Positions 1-12,957 of a stretch of DNA of 64,000 nucleotides are shown piece by piece; positions within the stretch are counted from its first letter, which is position 1, and every line of letters begins with the position of its first letter. The stretch lies in the NCBI RefSeq assembly GCF_006345805.1, contig NC_043015.1:32674001-32738000 (forward strand), written 5' to 3'. The stretch comes from Octopus sinensis (Eukaryota). The notes under the pieces are model-generated. The model was not told the origin of the DNA and ran no database searches. It saw nothing but the letters and a program-made list of their open reading frames with translations. The translations under genes were made by a program, and so were the position numbers.

Positions 1-350
1 AATCTTCTTTTTCACTTTTGGCTAAATCATTCCTTCGCCTGCTAAACCATTTCTGCTCTCGCTAAAATATATAATAGAAAATAGATTCAATATATTCAGA
101 GGTATATAATCCATCAATGATACACGCTTACCTACGAACGCTGGCCAGGTGTCTCTACCTCCTCCATTTTCTCTCTATCCTCCCCCTCTCTCTCTCATTT
201 TCTCTCTCTCTCTCTCTCTCTTTATTTCTTTCTCTTTCTCTTAAATATAATTTTTAAAAGAATTTCTTACAATGAAATAGCAGGACTGCTAATTCCAACT
301 TTCCAATTAATGACGTGTAAAATTGAAGAAAACTAATGCACACACATGAA

Positions 351-470
<120 letters not shown>

Positions 471-739
471 CACACACGATATAAAATAAAACAAAAGACA
501 ATACAACACATACAAATTCATTTCTGTTACTAATTTTAATCTGTCGAAAGAATATTGAAATAATTTTTTTCAAAGGAATGAATATTTCTTCTTGATGAAG
601 GCACCACACGCCATTCCACATTCATGGAAGCCAGTTCTAGACTTTCATTTAGTACTAAAGAATGGAAATATTTCTTAATACAGACTTTTTGTCTTTCGTT
701 GTCACGACAATATTGCGCAAATGAATGAGCTTATACATA

Positions 740-782
<43 letters not shown>

Positions 783-1019
783 GCAAACACCTATAAATAT
801 GCGTACACGTGTATATATATATATGTGAGTGTGTGTGTAAACGCGTAAATAGATATGTACATATGTAAGTATATATGCATATAAATGTGTGTATATATAT
901 ATATGTGTGTGTGTGTGTATCATACACACTCTCTCTCTCTTTCTCTCTCTCTCTCTATATATATATAATATATATATATCTATATACTCATACATATACA
1001 TATATATATACACATACAT

Positions 1020-1050
<31 letters not shown>

Positions 1051-1101
1051 TGCATGTACAGTTAAAAGTAGAAGTATGAGAGAGAGAAAGAGAGAGAAAG
1101 C

Positions 1102-1136
<35 letters not shown>

Positions 1137-1436
1137 GACTGGATGGAGAGGAAGTAAGAAAACATGGCGGGGACGAAGGAGGAAAACCAGAAAAATTGGA
1201 AAGCAAACGTGTAAAACAAAGTAGATTATGTCTCTGATTCGTTTGTTACTCCATAATCACATTTCATAAATATACAACACACTTCTCTGATGAACTCATT
1301 TCCGGTTTGGCTTTCTGTGGCGCTTCCTTCTATTTTCCACGTAATTGTTTCCTTCGCACAATTATTGCATACACAAATATGCACCCATCTGCATACACAT
1401 GCAATACATGCACATATATATATAAGAATTCATATG

Positions 1437-1483
<47 letters not shown>

Positions 1484-1654
1484 ATATATATCTATATATC
1501 TATCTACATATATATACATATACATATACATATATATATATATACATATACATATATTATATTATGTACATACATATATATATACAGTATTTATATATAT
1601 TTAGATATATATATATACATATCTATATTCTCTCTCTCTCTCTCTCTCTCTCTG

Positions 1655-1685
<31 letters not shown>

Positions 1686-1737
1686 ACACACAAACATACA
1701 TATATACATACATACATTCATATAGATATGTACATAC

Positions 1738-1796
<59 letters not shown>

Positions 1797-2160
1797 TTAT
1801 GTGTGTGTGTATGTGTGTGTATGTATATATATGAACTCACATATGCACAAATGTATAGAAGCAAATCTAAATTGTGACTGCTTTTATGTCGCAAACGTAG
1901 AGTGCATATTACTATTATGTATTTTGTCTCTGTCTATCTATCCTCTCTCTCTCTCTCTCTCTCTCACCTCTGCTTGCATGTATGTATGTATACGTTGATA
2001 TATATGTATTATATACATACTTACAAGGTGAGCAAGGAAGCTTGACTGATGAGCAGAGGGCCATGAAAGATTCGATCTGGTCTTTACCGTCCGTCTTTGT
2101 AAATTCAATCTGTCAGTATGTTTTTATTGTCGTCCGTTACCTTTTAATTCCGTTTTTGGG

Positions 2161-2206
<46 letters not shown>

Positions 2207-2240
2207 TACACACACATATATATATATATATAATGTTTTA
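740..2240. repeat. Compound dinucleotide microsatellite zone (CA, TA, GA, TC) with short unique spacers
   Basis: Directly visible runs of CA/TA/GA/TC. Confidence 0.9.
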
Positions 2241-2355
2241 TATTATGTGTGTGTACAATGATTTTGCAACTAGAAACATTACTCAATATTTGTGATAGTG
2301 TAGACATGTCTCTTTGTCGCTATTCAGACTTCCGCCTTACTGTTTGTCCGTATAC

Positions 2356-2691
2356 ATACGAGTATACATACACACATACATACATACATACATACATACA
2401 TACATGCATACATGCATACATGCATACATACATGCATACATATATACATACATACATACATACATACATACATGCATACATACATACATACATACATACA
2501 TACATACATTCATTCATACATCCATCCATCCATCCATCCATCCATCCATCCATACATACATACATACATACATACATACATACATACATACATACATACA
2601 CACACATACATACATACACACATACATACATACTTACATACATACATACACACACACACACATACATACATACATACACACATACATACAT

Positions 2692-2728
<37 letters not shown>

Positions 2729-2745
2729 TACACATATATGCATAT
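2356..2745. repeat. (TACA)n/(TCCA)n tetranucleotide microsatellite
   Basis: Visible tetranucleotide run. Confidence 0.95.
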
Positions 2746-2747
2746 AT

Positions 2748-2997
2748 ACGACGGGCTTCTTTCAGTTTCCATCTACCAAATTAACTCACAAGGCTTTTGT
2801 CGAACCGCTAAGTTACGGGGACGTAAATACACCAGCATCGGTTGTCAAGCGATGTTGTGGAGAGAAACACACACAGACATATATACATATACATATATAC
2901 GACGGGCTTCTTCCAGTTTCCGTTTCCCAAATCCGCTCACAAGGCTTTGGTTGGCCCGAGGTTATAGTAGAAGTCACAAGGTGCCACGCAGTGGGAC
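2748..2997 (-). mobile_element. tRNA-derived SINE, partial head-to-tail dimer (family also at 12716, 43662, 47653)
   Basis: The block tacgacgggcttct..tcacaaggcttt occurs twice (2748 and 2899). Body gaaccgctaagttacggggacgtaaa..gcatcggttgtcaagc matches 47786-47835; the second copy is the reverse complement of 12716-12880. Confidence 0.8.
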
Positions 2998-3035
2998 TAT
3001 TATTTTAAAAACTAATTTTCTTGTACTTTCACAGA

Positions 3036-3140
3036 CATCCTTTCGAGGTCGATGAAATAAGGACCAGTTGAGCATTGGGCTTGGTGAAATCAACGTAACC
3101 CCTCCCTAGAATTTCGGGCTTTGGGCCTATACTAGAAAGG
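3036..3140 (+). mobile_element. 3' part of SINE (GCCTTTCATCCTTTCGGGGTCGA-core family) ending in an (ATT)n tail
   Basis: catcctttcgaggtcgatgaaataaggaccag matches the core at 9853-9885 and 14677-14710. Confidence 0.65.
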
Positions 3141-3156
3141 ATTATTATTATTATTA

Positions 3157-3245
<89 letters not shown>
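3141..3245. repeat. (ATT)n microsatellite
   Basis: Visible run. Confidence 0.97.
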
Positions 3246-3248
<3 letters not shown>

Positions 3249-3702
3249 TAGTTTTATTTTTATAGCGTGCTTTCACTTCACTACCGAGCGCAGCTCTGTG
3301 TGCCTTGGGTATGTGCTGTGATTTGTTGTGATTGCTCTGATGGTTATTGTATGGAAAGTTCTTCTGCGTAGGATGTGTGCAGTGCCTAGTAGTGCAATTT
3401 TCTGTATGTTATATATGTTTGTAAGTCCTGGTGTTTTTTGTTATGTATTTGTCTGAATATTTTTTTATCATGCCTAATGCACCTACTATGATAGGAATTG
3501 TTTCTGTTTTCAGATTCCACATTCTAGTTACCTCTATTTCCAGGTCTTTGTATTTTGAAAGTTTCTCCATTTCTTTTAGAGACACACGTTGTCATCTGCC
3601 GGTATTGATACATCAATTAGAAAGCATTTTTTTTCTTCATGATCTCTGACAACTATATCTGGTCTGTTGGCCTTAATTTCTCTATCTGTGTGTATCGGCA
3701 TA
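3246..3702 (-). mobile_element. 5'-truncated R4/Dong-like non-LTR retrotransposon: restriction-like endonuclease C-terminus and 3' UTR, frameshifted
   Basis: Hand translation of the minus strand: MPIHTDREIKANRPDIVVRDHEEKKCFLIDVSIPADDNV / LKEMEKLSKYKDLEIEVTRMWNLKTETIPIIVGALGMIKKYSDKYITK / PGLTNIYNIQKIALLGTAHILRR. This is a PD-(D/E)xK motif typical of RLE-clade LINEs; at least two frameshifts; flanked on both sides by TAA repeats. Confidence 0.85.
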
Positions 3703-3732
3703 TTATTATTATTATTATTATTATTATTATCA

Positions 3733-3799
<67 letters not shown>

Positions 3800-3816
3800 C
3801 ATCATTATTATTATTA

Positions 3817-3853
<37 letters not shown>

Positions 3854-3858
3854 CATCA

Positions 3859-3912
<54 letters not shown>

Positions 3913-3929
3913 TATTATCATCATCATCA

Positions 3930-3987
<58 letters not shown>

Positions 3988-3990
3988 CAA
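3703..3990. repeat. (ATT)n/(ATC)n compound microsatellite
   Basis: Visible run. Confidence 0.95.
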
Positions 3991-4508
3991 TGTTATTATT
4001 TTTTATTACCATTACAATTACTATTCTTTCAGCAAAAACAAACATACATGTAAAGAGCACCCCATAAAAACGAAAACGATATTTGTAACAAAAACGAATA
4101 GCAACAAACCAAACACCAAATCCATTAACACGAGGAACATTCTAAATTTAAGAATACGGAATCATAAAACTTGTAACTTGGCAAAGCAATGCAAAGTCAT
4201 CCGTTTGTAGAGACGCGTGTTATATATATATCTAAGGATGTAGTTACTGTCAGAGTTTGACGGAAGGCTTGCTCCCAAGTATCATCCATTTTATATGTTT
4301 GGCAGCAGTAAAAAACATCTTGTAAAAGTGGCCTGTCTACATCTGACATCGCTGGTCGTTCGGTTATGGAACACGCTGTATTACGGGCCTTAAGAGATGT
4401 AACGAAAATGTACATTCATACGTGCATGCTTGCATACGTACATGCAAACAAAGTGCATATACACATCAACGCATATATATGTGTGTAGGTGAGTGGAACG
4501 GTATAAAC

Positions 4509-4542
<34 letters not shown>

Positions 4543-4587
4543 ACGTATGTAAGTGTGTATATATGTATATATATATTATTATATATA

Positions 4588-4622
<35 letters not shown>

Positions 4623-4625
<3 letters not shown>

Positions 4626-4880
4626 TGAAGTTTAGACCTAGCCTCTGGAAATATACTGTACATATATGCATGTATACAATGTATACATATATAACTACAT
4701 GTACACGCACACATATATGTATATGTATAAATATGTATTTATATAAATATGTATATATACATAAAGATATATATGTGTGTGTATATGTGTTTGTGTGTGT
4801 ACATGTATTTATATATGTATACATTGCATACATACATATATGTACAGTATATTTCCAGAGGCTATGTCTAAACTTCAAAT
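4623..4880. mobile_element. Foldback/MITE-like element with ~90-bp inverted arms
   Basis: ATTTGAAGTTTAGAC(C/A)TAGCCTCTGGAAATATACTGTACATATATG at 4623 is inverted at 4880; arms extend inward with few mismatches around a low-complexity spacer. Confidence 0.7.
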
Positions 4881-5274
4881 GTATATATATATATGATATT
4901 ATTTATATATTATATTATATATATGACTAGAGTGTTAGATTACATGTATTCCTAGAAATAAGCGATAAAAAATCCATTGATGTAGTTAAAGCACATAATT
5001 GTATAGATGTGTATTGACGGGGACTGTAATCACCCGAAAACACCGGTCGAGCATTCCCTATACTGACCGGTCAGTTTTGGCTAATTCCGTTCCTCATCGG
5101 TAGGGACCTCTCGACGCAGTTTTAATTCTTTGTTAGTACATATGTCTACTCTATAAAAATGTATGGATGATTTAGCGAATCGCTAATGTGTTTACGAAAA
5201 ATTAATATAGACAGTTGTAAGCACTGCGTTACAATAAAGGAAAACTACAATTCTCACTAAGTATGGCAACAGTT

Positions 5275-5416
5275 TGTGGAGGCACATGGCCTAGTGGTTA
5301 GAGCAGAGGACTCGCGGTCGAGGGATCGCGGGTTCGAATATCAGACAGGGTGATGTGTGTGTTTATGAGCGAAACACCTAAGCTCCACTCGGCTCCGGCT
5401 GGAGGTAATGGCGAAC
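5275..5416 (+). mobile_element. tRNA-derived SINE head
   Basis: A box TGGCCTAGTGG (5287-5297), B box GGTTCGAAT (5331-5339); similar to 52282-52410. Confidence 0.85.
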
Positions 5417-5494
5417 AACAACATGGCTACAGTGTTAGAAAACCTACATACATTGCTAGAAATATATATGTATATTTATACATATGGATATAAA

Positions 5495-5562
<68 letters not shown>

Positions 5563-6019
5563 CCACATAACGACCCCAAAGATATACATATGCTTTTACA
5601 AGTAATCAGCCACAAGTTCATACCTAGTCAGGTGTAAATAGCCCGAACTATGTCTGGAAAAATTTGCATTCATGTGTTTGCTTTCGTTGATATACATGGG
5701 TATGTACATCAGTGAATGCGTGTGTATGTGTACCTATGTATGTGCATGCGCGAAGGCTTATACGTGTTGCAGTATTCGTGTGTTGCCTCTGTGTTGTGTG
5801 TGTATGTGTGTGTTGTGTGTGTGTGTGTGTGTAATGGGCGATATGCGTACCTGTAAGCCCAGGTGTGCTGCAGACATCGTCCATAGAAAAGCATCAAAAG
5901 AACTGAACTGTAATATATACATTTGTCTTTTCCTGCAAATTGATATATTTTACTACTTTAAAAAAAAGAGTGTTATTTCTAGCTATATCTGTAGACACTC
6001 AATCACGCAAACAAAGCGG

Positions 6020-6098
<79 letters not shown>

Positions 6099-6143
6099 GT
6101 GTGTGTATATATATATATATGTGTGTGTGTATATATATATATA

Positions 6144-6187
<44 letters not shown>

Positions 6188-6554
6188 GTATATATATATA
6201 ATATATATATATATATGTATATTTATATATTATATATTTATGTATATATATATATGTATATATGTATATGTATGTATATAAATATGTATATATATAGGTG
6301 AGTGCGTGTATATATAAATATATATATGTATGCATTTATGTATATGTTTATGTAGGTAACTATGTTGTGTGTATATATGTATACATATATATATATAATA
6401 AATATATCCGTACACACACACACACATGCATACATATACCTTGGTATTATAAAACATATACTTACATACACATGTACACACTTTCACACACACACGTGTG
6501 TGTGTGTATTTATGTATTTATGTATATATTCTTGTATGTATGTATGTTTTTATG

Positions 6555-7438
6555 TATCTAGGGGGCACCCAAAGGAAACCGGAATTTTGCAATATTATTT
6601 TATTCATTTTTACACTTTTACCCTTTTATTAGCTTTAAAATATTTTCCCTTTTAAGCAATGCATCGGTCCAGACGCGGTTTCCACCGTTCGAAGCAGAGC
6701 TCGAACACTGATGCTTTTGAACGTTTCAGTCGTTTTTCTCTTCGCCTCTTCCACGTCTGCAAATTCCGTAGCACCAGCTTTCATTACCAATGATGATATT
6801 CGCAAAAAGGTCCAGTTTAATTTCCAATTCTTTCAGTTTCCGACAGGCATACAGTGGGAACTGGATTTGACCTTCCCTGAGTAAAAGAGACACAAATTTT
6901 GCCGCAACTCTTTTCATTCTCAATTCCTTGTTCAAAATTCGTTGGCAGGATCTCCAGGACACACCAATCATATCAACAATTCCGTCAATTGTTCGGTGAC
7001 GGTCCTTTAAGATCAGTTCATGAATTTTCATGAGGTTTTCATTCGTTGGAGAGGTCGATGGTAGCCCTCTATGAGGTTGGTCTTCAAGCAACAAGTAACC
7101 GTTCCTAACGTGTGAAAACCACTTGTAAACTTGTGTTTTTCTCATGGCAGCATCCTTGTAAGTTGTTTGAAGCAAGAGAACTGTTTCGGCTGCAATAGAA
7201 AACAGAATTTCGCCGAAGCATGCTGTTCCTTCGTTGCACCCATCGCAAAAATCGATGAACAGGAGAGAAGTATTGCAAAGCAAAGTCGCACCACGTGGAA
7301 GTACGGCTACATTCGACAATGCTGGTCTGAATACTGACGCCTGAGGGTCGTATTAAATGGAATCTAGTGGCGGAAGCTTGAATACAATGGGCTTGTCCCA
7401 CAGAGAACATTTCCGGATATTTTGGCTACCCTCTCGTA
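6555..7438 (-). mobile_element. Mariner (Tc1/mariner) DNA transposon, internally deleted and degenerate
   Basis: ORF 6726-7319 contains the mariner HTH region (AAETVLLLQTTYKDAAMRKTQVYKWF..EDQPHRGLPSTS), the KRVAAKFV linker (WVPHEL-equivalent) and the first catalytic motif (IIGNESWCYG). It jumps to the C-terminus in another frame (FADVEEAKRKTT..CFERWKPRLDRCIA*KGKYFK). Degenerate ~30-bp TIRs at 6555-6588 and 7407-7438, in TA context. Confidence 0.9.
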
Positions 7439-7830
7439 TATATATATATATATACACAATAGAAGATCGGCGACTTGCTGTATCGTGAGTGTGTTGAATA
7501 AAATACTTTGTAATTGTCTCAAATCACGCTGGGATTACTTTTGAATTATATTCTTCCGAGATCGTTTTAACGTATCACAATCCAAGGAATAGGTTTGCCA
7601 GACTTGTTAAAGCGATCGATGACACGTCGTTTGATATATCATTGGATTTTTGTAACAAATTTTCCATCGTACTAGAATGCCATCAATAATAAATTAATTG
7701 CGAAATGCAGGCATCAAACTTTACATACAAAAGTGGGTGAGGTGTCGATGAAACTGCAGTGGAGTCAGGAAAACTAAGATGTTGCAACCTCTTTAGAACC
7801 ACGTTAAAATTTAAGGTGGGTGCGTGTGGA

Positions 7831-7831
<1 letters not shown>

Positions 7832-7861
<30 letters not shown>

Positions 7862-8780
7862 CATACATACATACATACATACATACATACATACATGCAT
7901 ACATACATACATACATACATACATACGTACATGCATACATACATACATACGTACATGCATACATACATACATGCATACATACCTACATACATACATACAT
8001 ACATACATACCTACATACATACATACATACATACGTACATGCATACATATAATGCATGTATTCATGCATATACATACATACATACATACATACATACATA
8101 CATACATACTACATACATACGTACATGCATACATACATACATGCATACATACCTACATACATACATACCAACATACATACATACATACATGCATACATAC
8201 ATACATACATACATACATACCTACATACATACATACATACATACATACGTACACATACATACATACATAAATACATACATGCATACATACATACGTACAT
8301 ACATACAAACATGCATACATACATACATACATACATACATACATACATACATACATACCTGCATGCATGCATACATACATACATACATACATACATGCAT
8401 ACATACATGCATACATACATACATGCATACATACATACATAAATACATACATACATAAACACATACAAACATACATACATACACACACACACACATACAT
8501 ACATACATACATACATACATCATATATACATCATACATACATACATCATATATACATCATACATACATACATACATACATGCATGCATACATACATACAT
8601 ACATACATAAATACATACATACATAAACACATACAAACATACATACATACACACACACACACATACATACATACATACATACATACATCATATATACATC
8701 ATACATACATACATACATACATACATACATACATACATGCATACATACATACACACACACATCCATACAAGCATACACAC
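7832..8780. repeat. (TACA)n microsatellite with an internal ~168-bp duplicated variant block
   Basis: Variant string aaatacatacatacataaacacatacaaac..catcatatatacatc starts at 8441 and again at 8609. Confidence 0.9.
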
Positions 8781-8937
8781 ATGGGCCGAAACTGCAAGGA
8801 CGATCTGGTTCTCAATTGACGATTGAAAGCTTCAAACGTTCCGTCCTTGTTTTTTCCTGTCCTTTTTTTGTGTCACCTACTGTCCGAGTGTTTTATTGTT
8901 GCTTGTTACGTTCTTGTTCCATTTTTTGTTTTGAATT

Positions 8938-9006
<69 letters not shown>

Positions 9007-9084
9007 TACCATTCAAGAATTGGCTTTACATCATCGAGAGATATCTTCCTGAGAAAGTTTTCTGTCTTTAAACCTATGTAAGAA

Positions 9085-9145
9085 ATCATCATCATTATCG
9101 TCGCCGTCGTCGTCCTCGTCATCATCATTGTCATCATCATCATTG

Positions 9146-9179
<34 letters not shown>

Positions 9180-9324
9180 ATCATCATCACCATCGTCATC
9201 ATCATCATCATCAGCATCATCATCATCATCATCATCACCATCATCATCATCACCATCATCACCGTCATCATCATCATCATCATCATCACCATCACCATCA
9301 TTATCATCGTCATCATCATCACCG

Positions 9325-9402
<78 letters not shown>
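9085..9402. repeat. (CAT)n microsatellite
   Basis: Visible run. Confidence 0.95.
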
Positions 9403-9746
9403 GCTGTTATGAGTCTTTTTACTATAAGCAGACAAACTTGAAATTCGGGGTAAGTTGGATAGTGGATTTCATCAAATACATTCTTCAACAGGGACTTTTT
9501 TTAACAACCTCAAAACGATAAAAGTAAAAGTCGACCTCATAGGAATTTGAACTCGGAATAGCTACATTTTTTCTGACAGATTCTGCATTTAAATGCCACC
9601 GAGGTCAAGTTTGTATTTCATCCATTCAAGCGTCAATAAAATAAGTACAAGTTAAGAACTGGTATCGATGTAATCGAATTGCCACACCCTCTAGAAATGC
9701 TGGCCTTTTGCCGGAATTATAAACTTTATTATTATTAAGCTGATGG

Positions 9747-10349
9747 AAGGCGGCGAGCTGGCAGAAACGTTAGAATACTGAACGGAATGCTTAGCGGTAG
9801 TTCGTCTGCCGCTACGTTCTGAGTTCAAATTCCGCCGAGGTCGACTTTGCCTTTCATCCTTTCGGGGTCGATAATTTAAGTACCAGTTACGCACTGAGGT
9901 CGATATAATCAACTTAATCCGTTTGTCTGTCCTTGTTTATCCCCTCTATGTTTAGCCCCTTGTGGGTAGTAAAGAAATAGGTATTTCGTCTGCCGCTACG
10001 TTCTGAGTTCAAATTCCGACATGGTCGACTTTGCCTTTCATCCTTTCAGGGTCGATTAAATAAGTACCAGTTACGCACTGGGGTCGATGTAATCAACTTA
10101 ATCCGTTTGTCTGTCCTTGTTTGTCCGCTCCGTGTTTAGCCCCTTGTGGGTAGTAAAGAAATAGGTATTTCGTCTGCCGCTACGTTCTGAGTTCAAATTC
10201 CACCGAGGTCGACTTTGCCTTTCATCCTTTCAGGGTCGATTAAATAAGTACCAGTTACGCACTGGGGTCGATGTAATCAACTTAATCCGTTTGTCTGTCC
10301 TTGTTTATCTTGTCTGTGTTTAGCCCCTTGTGGGCAGTAAAGAAATAAG
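9747..10349 (+). mobile_element. SINE with three tandem 184-bp internal units
   Basis: Head aaggcggcgagctggcagaaacgttag, then units starting ttcgtctgccgctacgttctgagttcaaattcc at 9801, 9985 and 10169. Confidence 0.88.
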
Positions 10350-10545
10350 AATCGTTAGCATACTGGACATAATGCTTAGCGGTATTTCACCCGTCGCTAC
10401 GTTCAGAGTTCAAATTCCGCCATGGTCGACTTCGCCTTTCCTTTTTCCGAGGTCGATAAATTAAGTACCAGTAAAACACTGGGGTCGATGTAATCGACTA
10501 GTCCTCATTCTCCAAAATTTGTGCCTTTAGTAGAAGGGTTTATTA
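10350..10545 (+). mobile_element. Related SINE copy abutting the tandem element
   Basis: gaatcgttagca..aatgcttagcggtatttc..gagttcaaattcc..ggtcgataaattaagtaccag. Confidence 0.75.
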
Positions 10546-10679
10546 AGGTGGTGAGCTTGCAGAATGGTTAGCACGCTGCTTAGAGTTATTTTGTCCGACT
10601 TTACGAAATTTGAAACCAGAAGAAAAACTGCTGTCCGCTAGGTTAAGGATTCTGCCAGCTCACCGCTTTAATAATAACA

Positions 10680-10900
10680 ATAATGGTTTCAAATTTTACC
10701 CCAAGGACTGTAGTTTTGGGGGAGGGGATGAGACGATTACATCGACCCCCATTGTTCAATTGTTAATTATTTTATCGACCACGGAAGGATGAAAGGCAAA
10801 GTCGACCTCAATGGAAATTGAACTCAGAACTTAAAGGCGGACGAAATGCTACGAAGCATTTCATCTGGTGTGCTAACTTTTCTGCCAAGCTCGCCGCCTT
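10680..10900 (-). mobile_element. SINE copy (same core family), reverse orientation
   Basis: ggatgaaaggcaaagtcgacctc..gaactcagaac..ctgccaagctcgccgcctt is the reverse complement of the 9747 head and core. Confidence 0.8.
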
Positions 10901-10991
<91 letters not shown>

Positions 10992-11034
10992 TAATGATAA
11001 TAATAATAATAATAATAATAACGATAATTATAAT

Positions 11035-11162
11035 AATCTTTTCTACTACAGGCACAAAAAAATGAAATTTGTGGGGGAGGGTTTGGTCGATTACATCGAC
11101 CCCAGTACTTGACTGGTACTTATTTTATCGATCTTGAAAGGATGATAGGCAAAAATCGATCA
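11035..11162 (-). mobile_element. SINE 3' fragment
   Basis: gattacatcgaccccagtacttgactggtacttattttatcga is the reverse complement of the family core. Confidence 0.65.
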
Positions 11163-11200
11163 CCATCAACATGATATTATTGTTATTATTATTATTATAT

Positions 11201-11276
<76 letters not shown>

Positions 11277-11815
11277 CAAGAAGAAGAAGAAGAACAACAA
11301 CAACAACATAAAAACTACTACCAGCACCAGCACCACTACCACCACCACCAGCAACAACAATTATATTTTGCTCAATGTGGTGCTATTTAGAGTGTAGCAT
11401 GGTGATGTCATAACGTGTGATATTAATAAAGTTGTGTAATATTTCTTCACAGTATGTAAAATAACATCATTTATACAAGTGGCGACAGATTAAACAATGT
11501 AAAATGCATTCTCCTGGCATGATTCCCCTGATGCACTCTGCATAAACATGCAGAAGTATGCGTAGTGTGGAAATCTGCCGTATTACGTATACACTATGGC
11601 GTTTCTATCCTTCCTTTCTGCCTGTCTTTCTTATCCTCGGCCTCATCATAAACCTCTCCCGTTTTCATATATTCATTTCCTCTCTCTGCCTGGTCCCTTT
11701 TTCTTTCTCCTTCTCGGGTAAAATTTTCACCACACACACACACACACACAGGCACATAAACATGCACACATACACATAGACACATATACGCACATATACA
11801 CACATTCACCGGTTA

Positions 11816-12113
11816 TCTTTATATATATAAGTAAGGTTGTGTGTCTGTCTGTCTCCTACGATTTAGATTCATAACGACTCCCACATTTTGCGATGCAGTG
11901 TAACCAAAAGCGCGTATATTATAGTCGTGATTCATATCGAGCCCTTCTGGGTATTAGCGCGCGTCTACGATGAGTCTACGATTTAAAAAAAAATTTACCA
12001 TAATTTTTTCCCATTTTTTATGCATTTTTTTGCTATTTTTTGACTATAACTCTAAAAATGCTTATATAGTTATTTCACTTACAAACCCGAGCAACGCCGG
12101 GCGATACTGCTAG
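11816..12113 (+). mobile_element. Non-autonomous Helitron (~298 bp)
   Basis: 5' TC start (TCTTTATATATATAA), 3' GC-rich hairpin CCCGAGCAACGCCGGG (12086-12101) shortly before a CTAG end, inserted between A and T, no TSD. Confidence 0.8.
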
Positions 12114-12715
12114 TCATTCATAAAGATCAAACCTTGAAGGTCACATGACTAGCTACAAACAATAGTAGAATCCCCCTCAGCTTATTCCTTTATGTCTTAA
12201 GTCTGGAAGGGGCACGTTCATTCATATAGTGCTTGTTATAATCCTGAAAAGGCGGGATAGTCGTGACTGGAACGTCATTGATCATATGACCATTTTTTCA
12301 TAGTTGGCTTTGGGCTAAATAACAATAAGACATACAAAACATCTCTTTGTGTTACAGGAATCAATAAAAGATTCTCTGCGTAATTGCTTGATCCGCTAAA
12401 AATAGCAGCGAAATAAACCATATTATACATTCATGTCTTAAAATGAAGGACACATCAGATAATGCAGTCCAAAATGCGTTTTGCCTGTGAAAAAAAAAGA
12501 AATGAAATTGCAAGGTTGGAACGCCTCTCATGATAGTTCTTCATAAGTAAGGTTGATCAGAGGCTAAGACACAACAACAGCGACTTGTAAAAAAGCACTG
12601 ACATATATTATACTTTTATTTGCAAACTTTTCGGGTCCGGAATCTAACTAGTCCTGCTTCGTGAACCTAATTTCTCTTGAGTGAAACTTGAATGAGAAAA
12701 GAATATAAAAGTATC

Positions 12716-12880
12716 AGGCGTGATTGTGTGGTAAGAAGCTTACTTTCCAGTCACATGGCTCCGGGTTCAATCTTATTGCGTGGTACCTTGGACAAGTGTT
12801 TTCTACTATATCTTCGGGGCGACCAAAGCCTTGTGAGTAGATTTGGTGGAAGGAAACTGAAAGAAGCCTGTCGTATATAT
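12716..12880 (+). mobile_element. tRNA-derived SINE 5' portion
   Basis: tgtgtggtaagaagct..ccgggttcaatc (B-box-like)..ccttggacaagtgttttctact; reverse complement of 2899-2997 and 43662-43803. Confidence 0.8.
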
Positions 12881-12957
12881 AAAATGTGACCGCGTGTGTA
12901 CCGTTGGCGATTTTTTTCTCCTTTGTCTTCCCTTCTCTGGATCTTTCCATCTCCTAT

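Noticed and set aside
2046-2080. CTGATGA...GAAAGATTCGATCT hammerhead-like string
   Set aside because: No stem II or stem I pairing, and position 17 would be G.
5275-5345. tRNA gene
   Set aside because: A and B boxes are present but there is no cloverleaf acceptor stem, and the sequence continues into a SINE body shared with 52282.
5624-5653. 30-nt candidate micro-exon with strong AG/GT sites (minus strand)
   Set aside because: Two frames contain stops and the third creates TGA if joined to the 9010 exon; unsupported without RNA data.
9801-10349. CRISPR-like array
   Set aside because: Contiguous 184-bp units without unique spacers, in eukaryotic SINE context.
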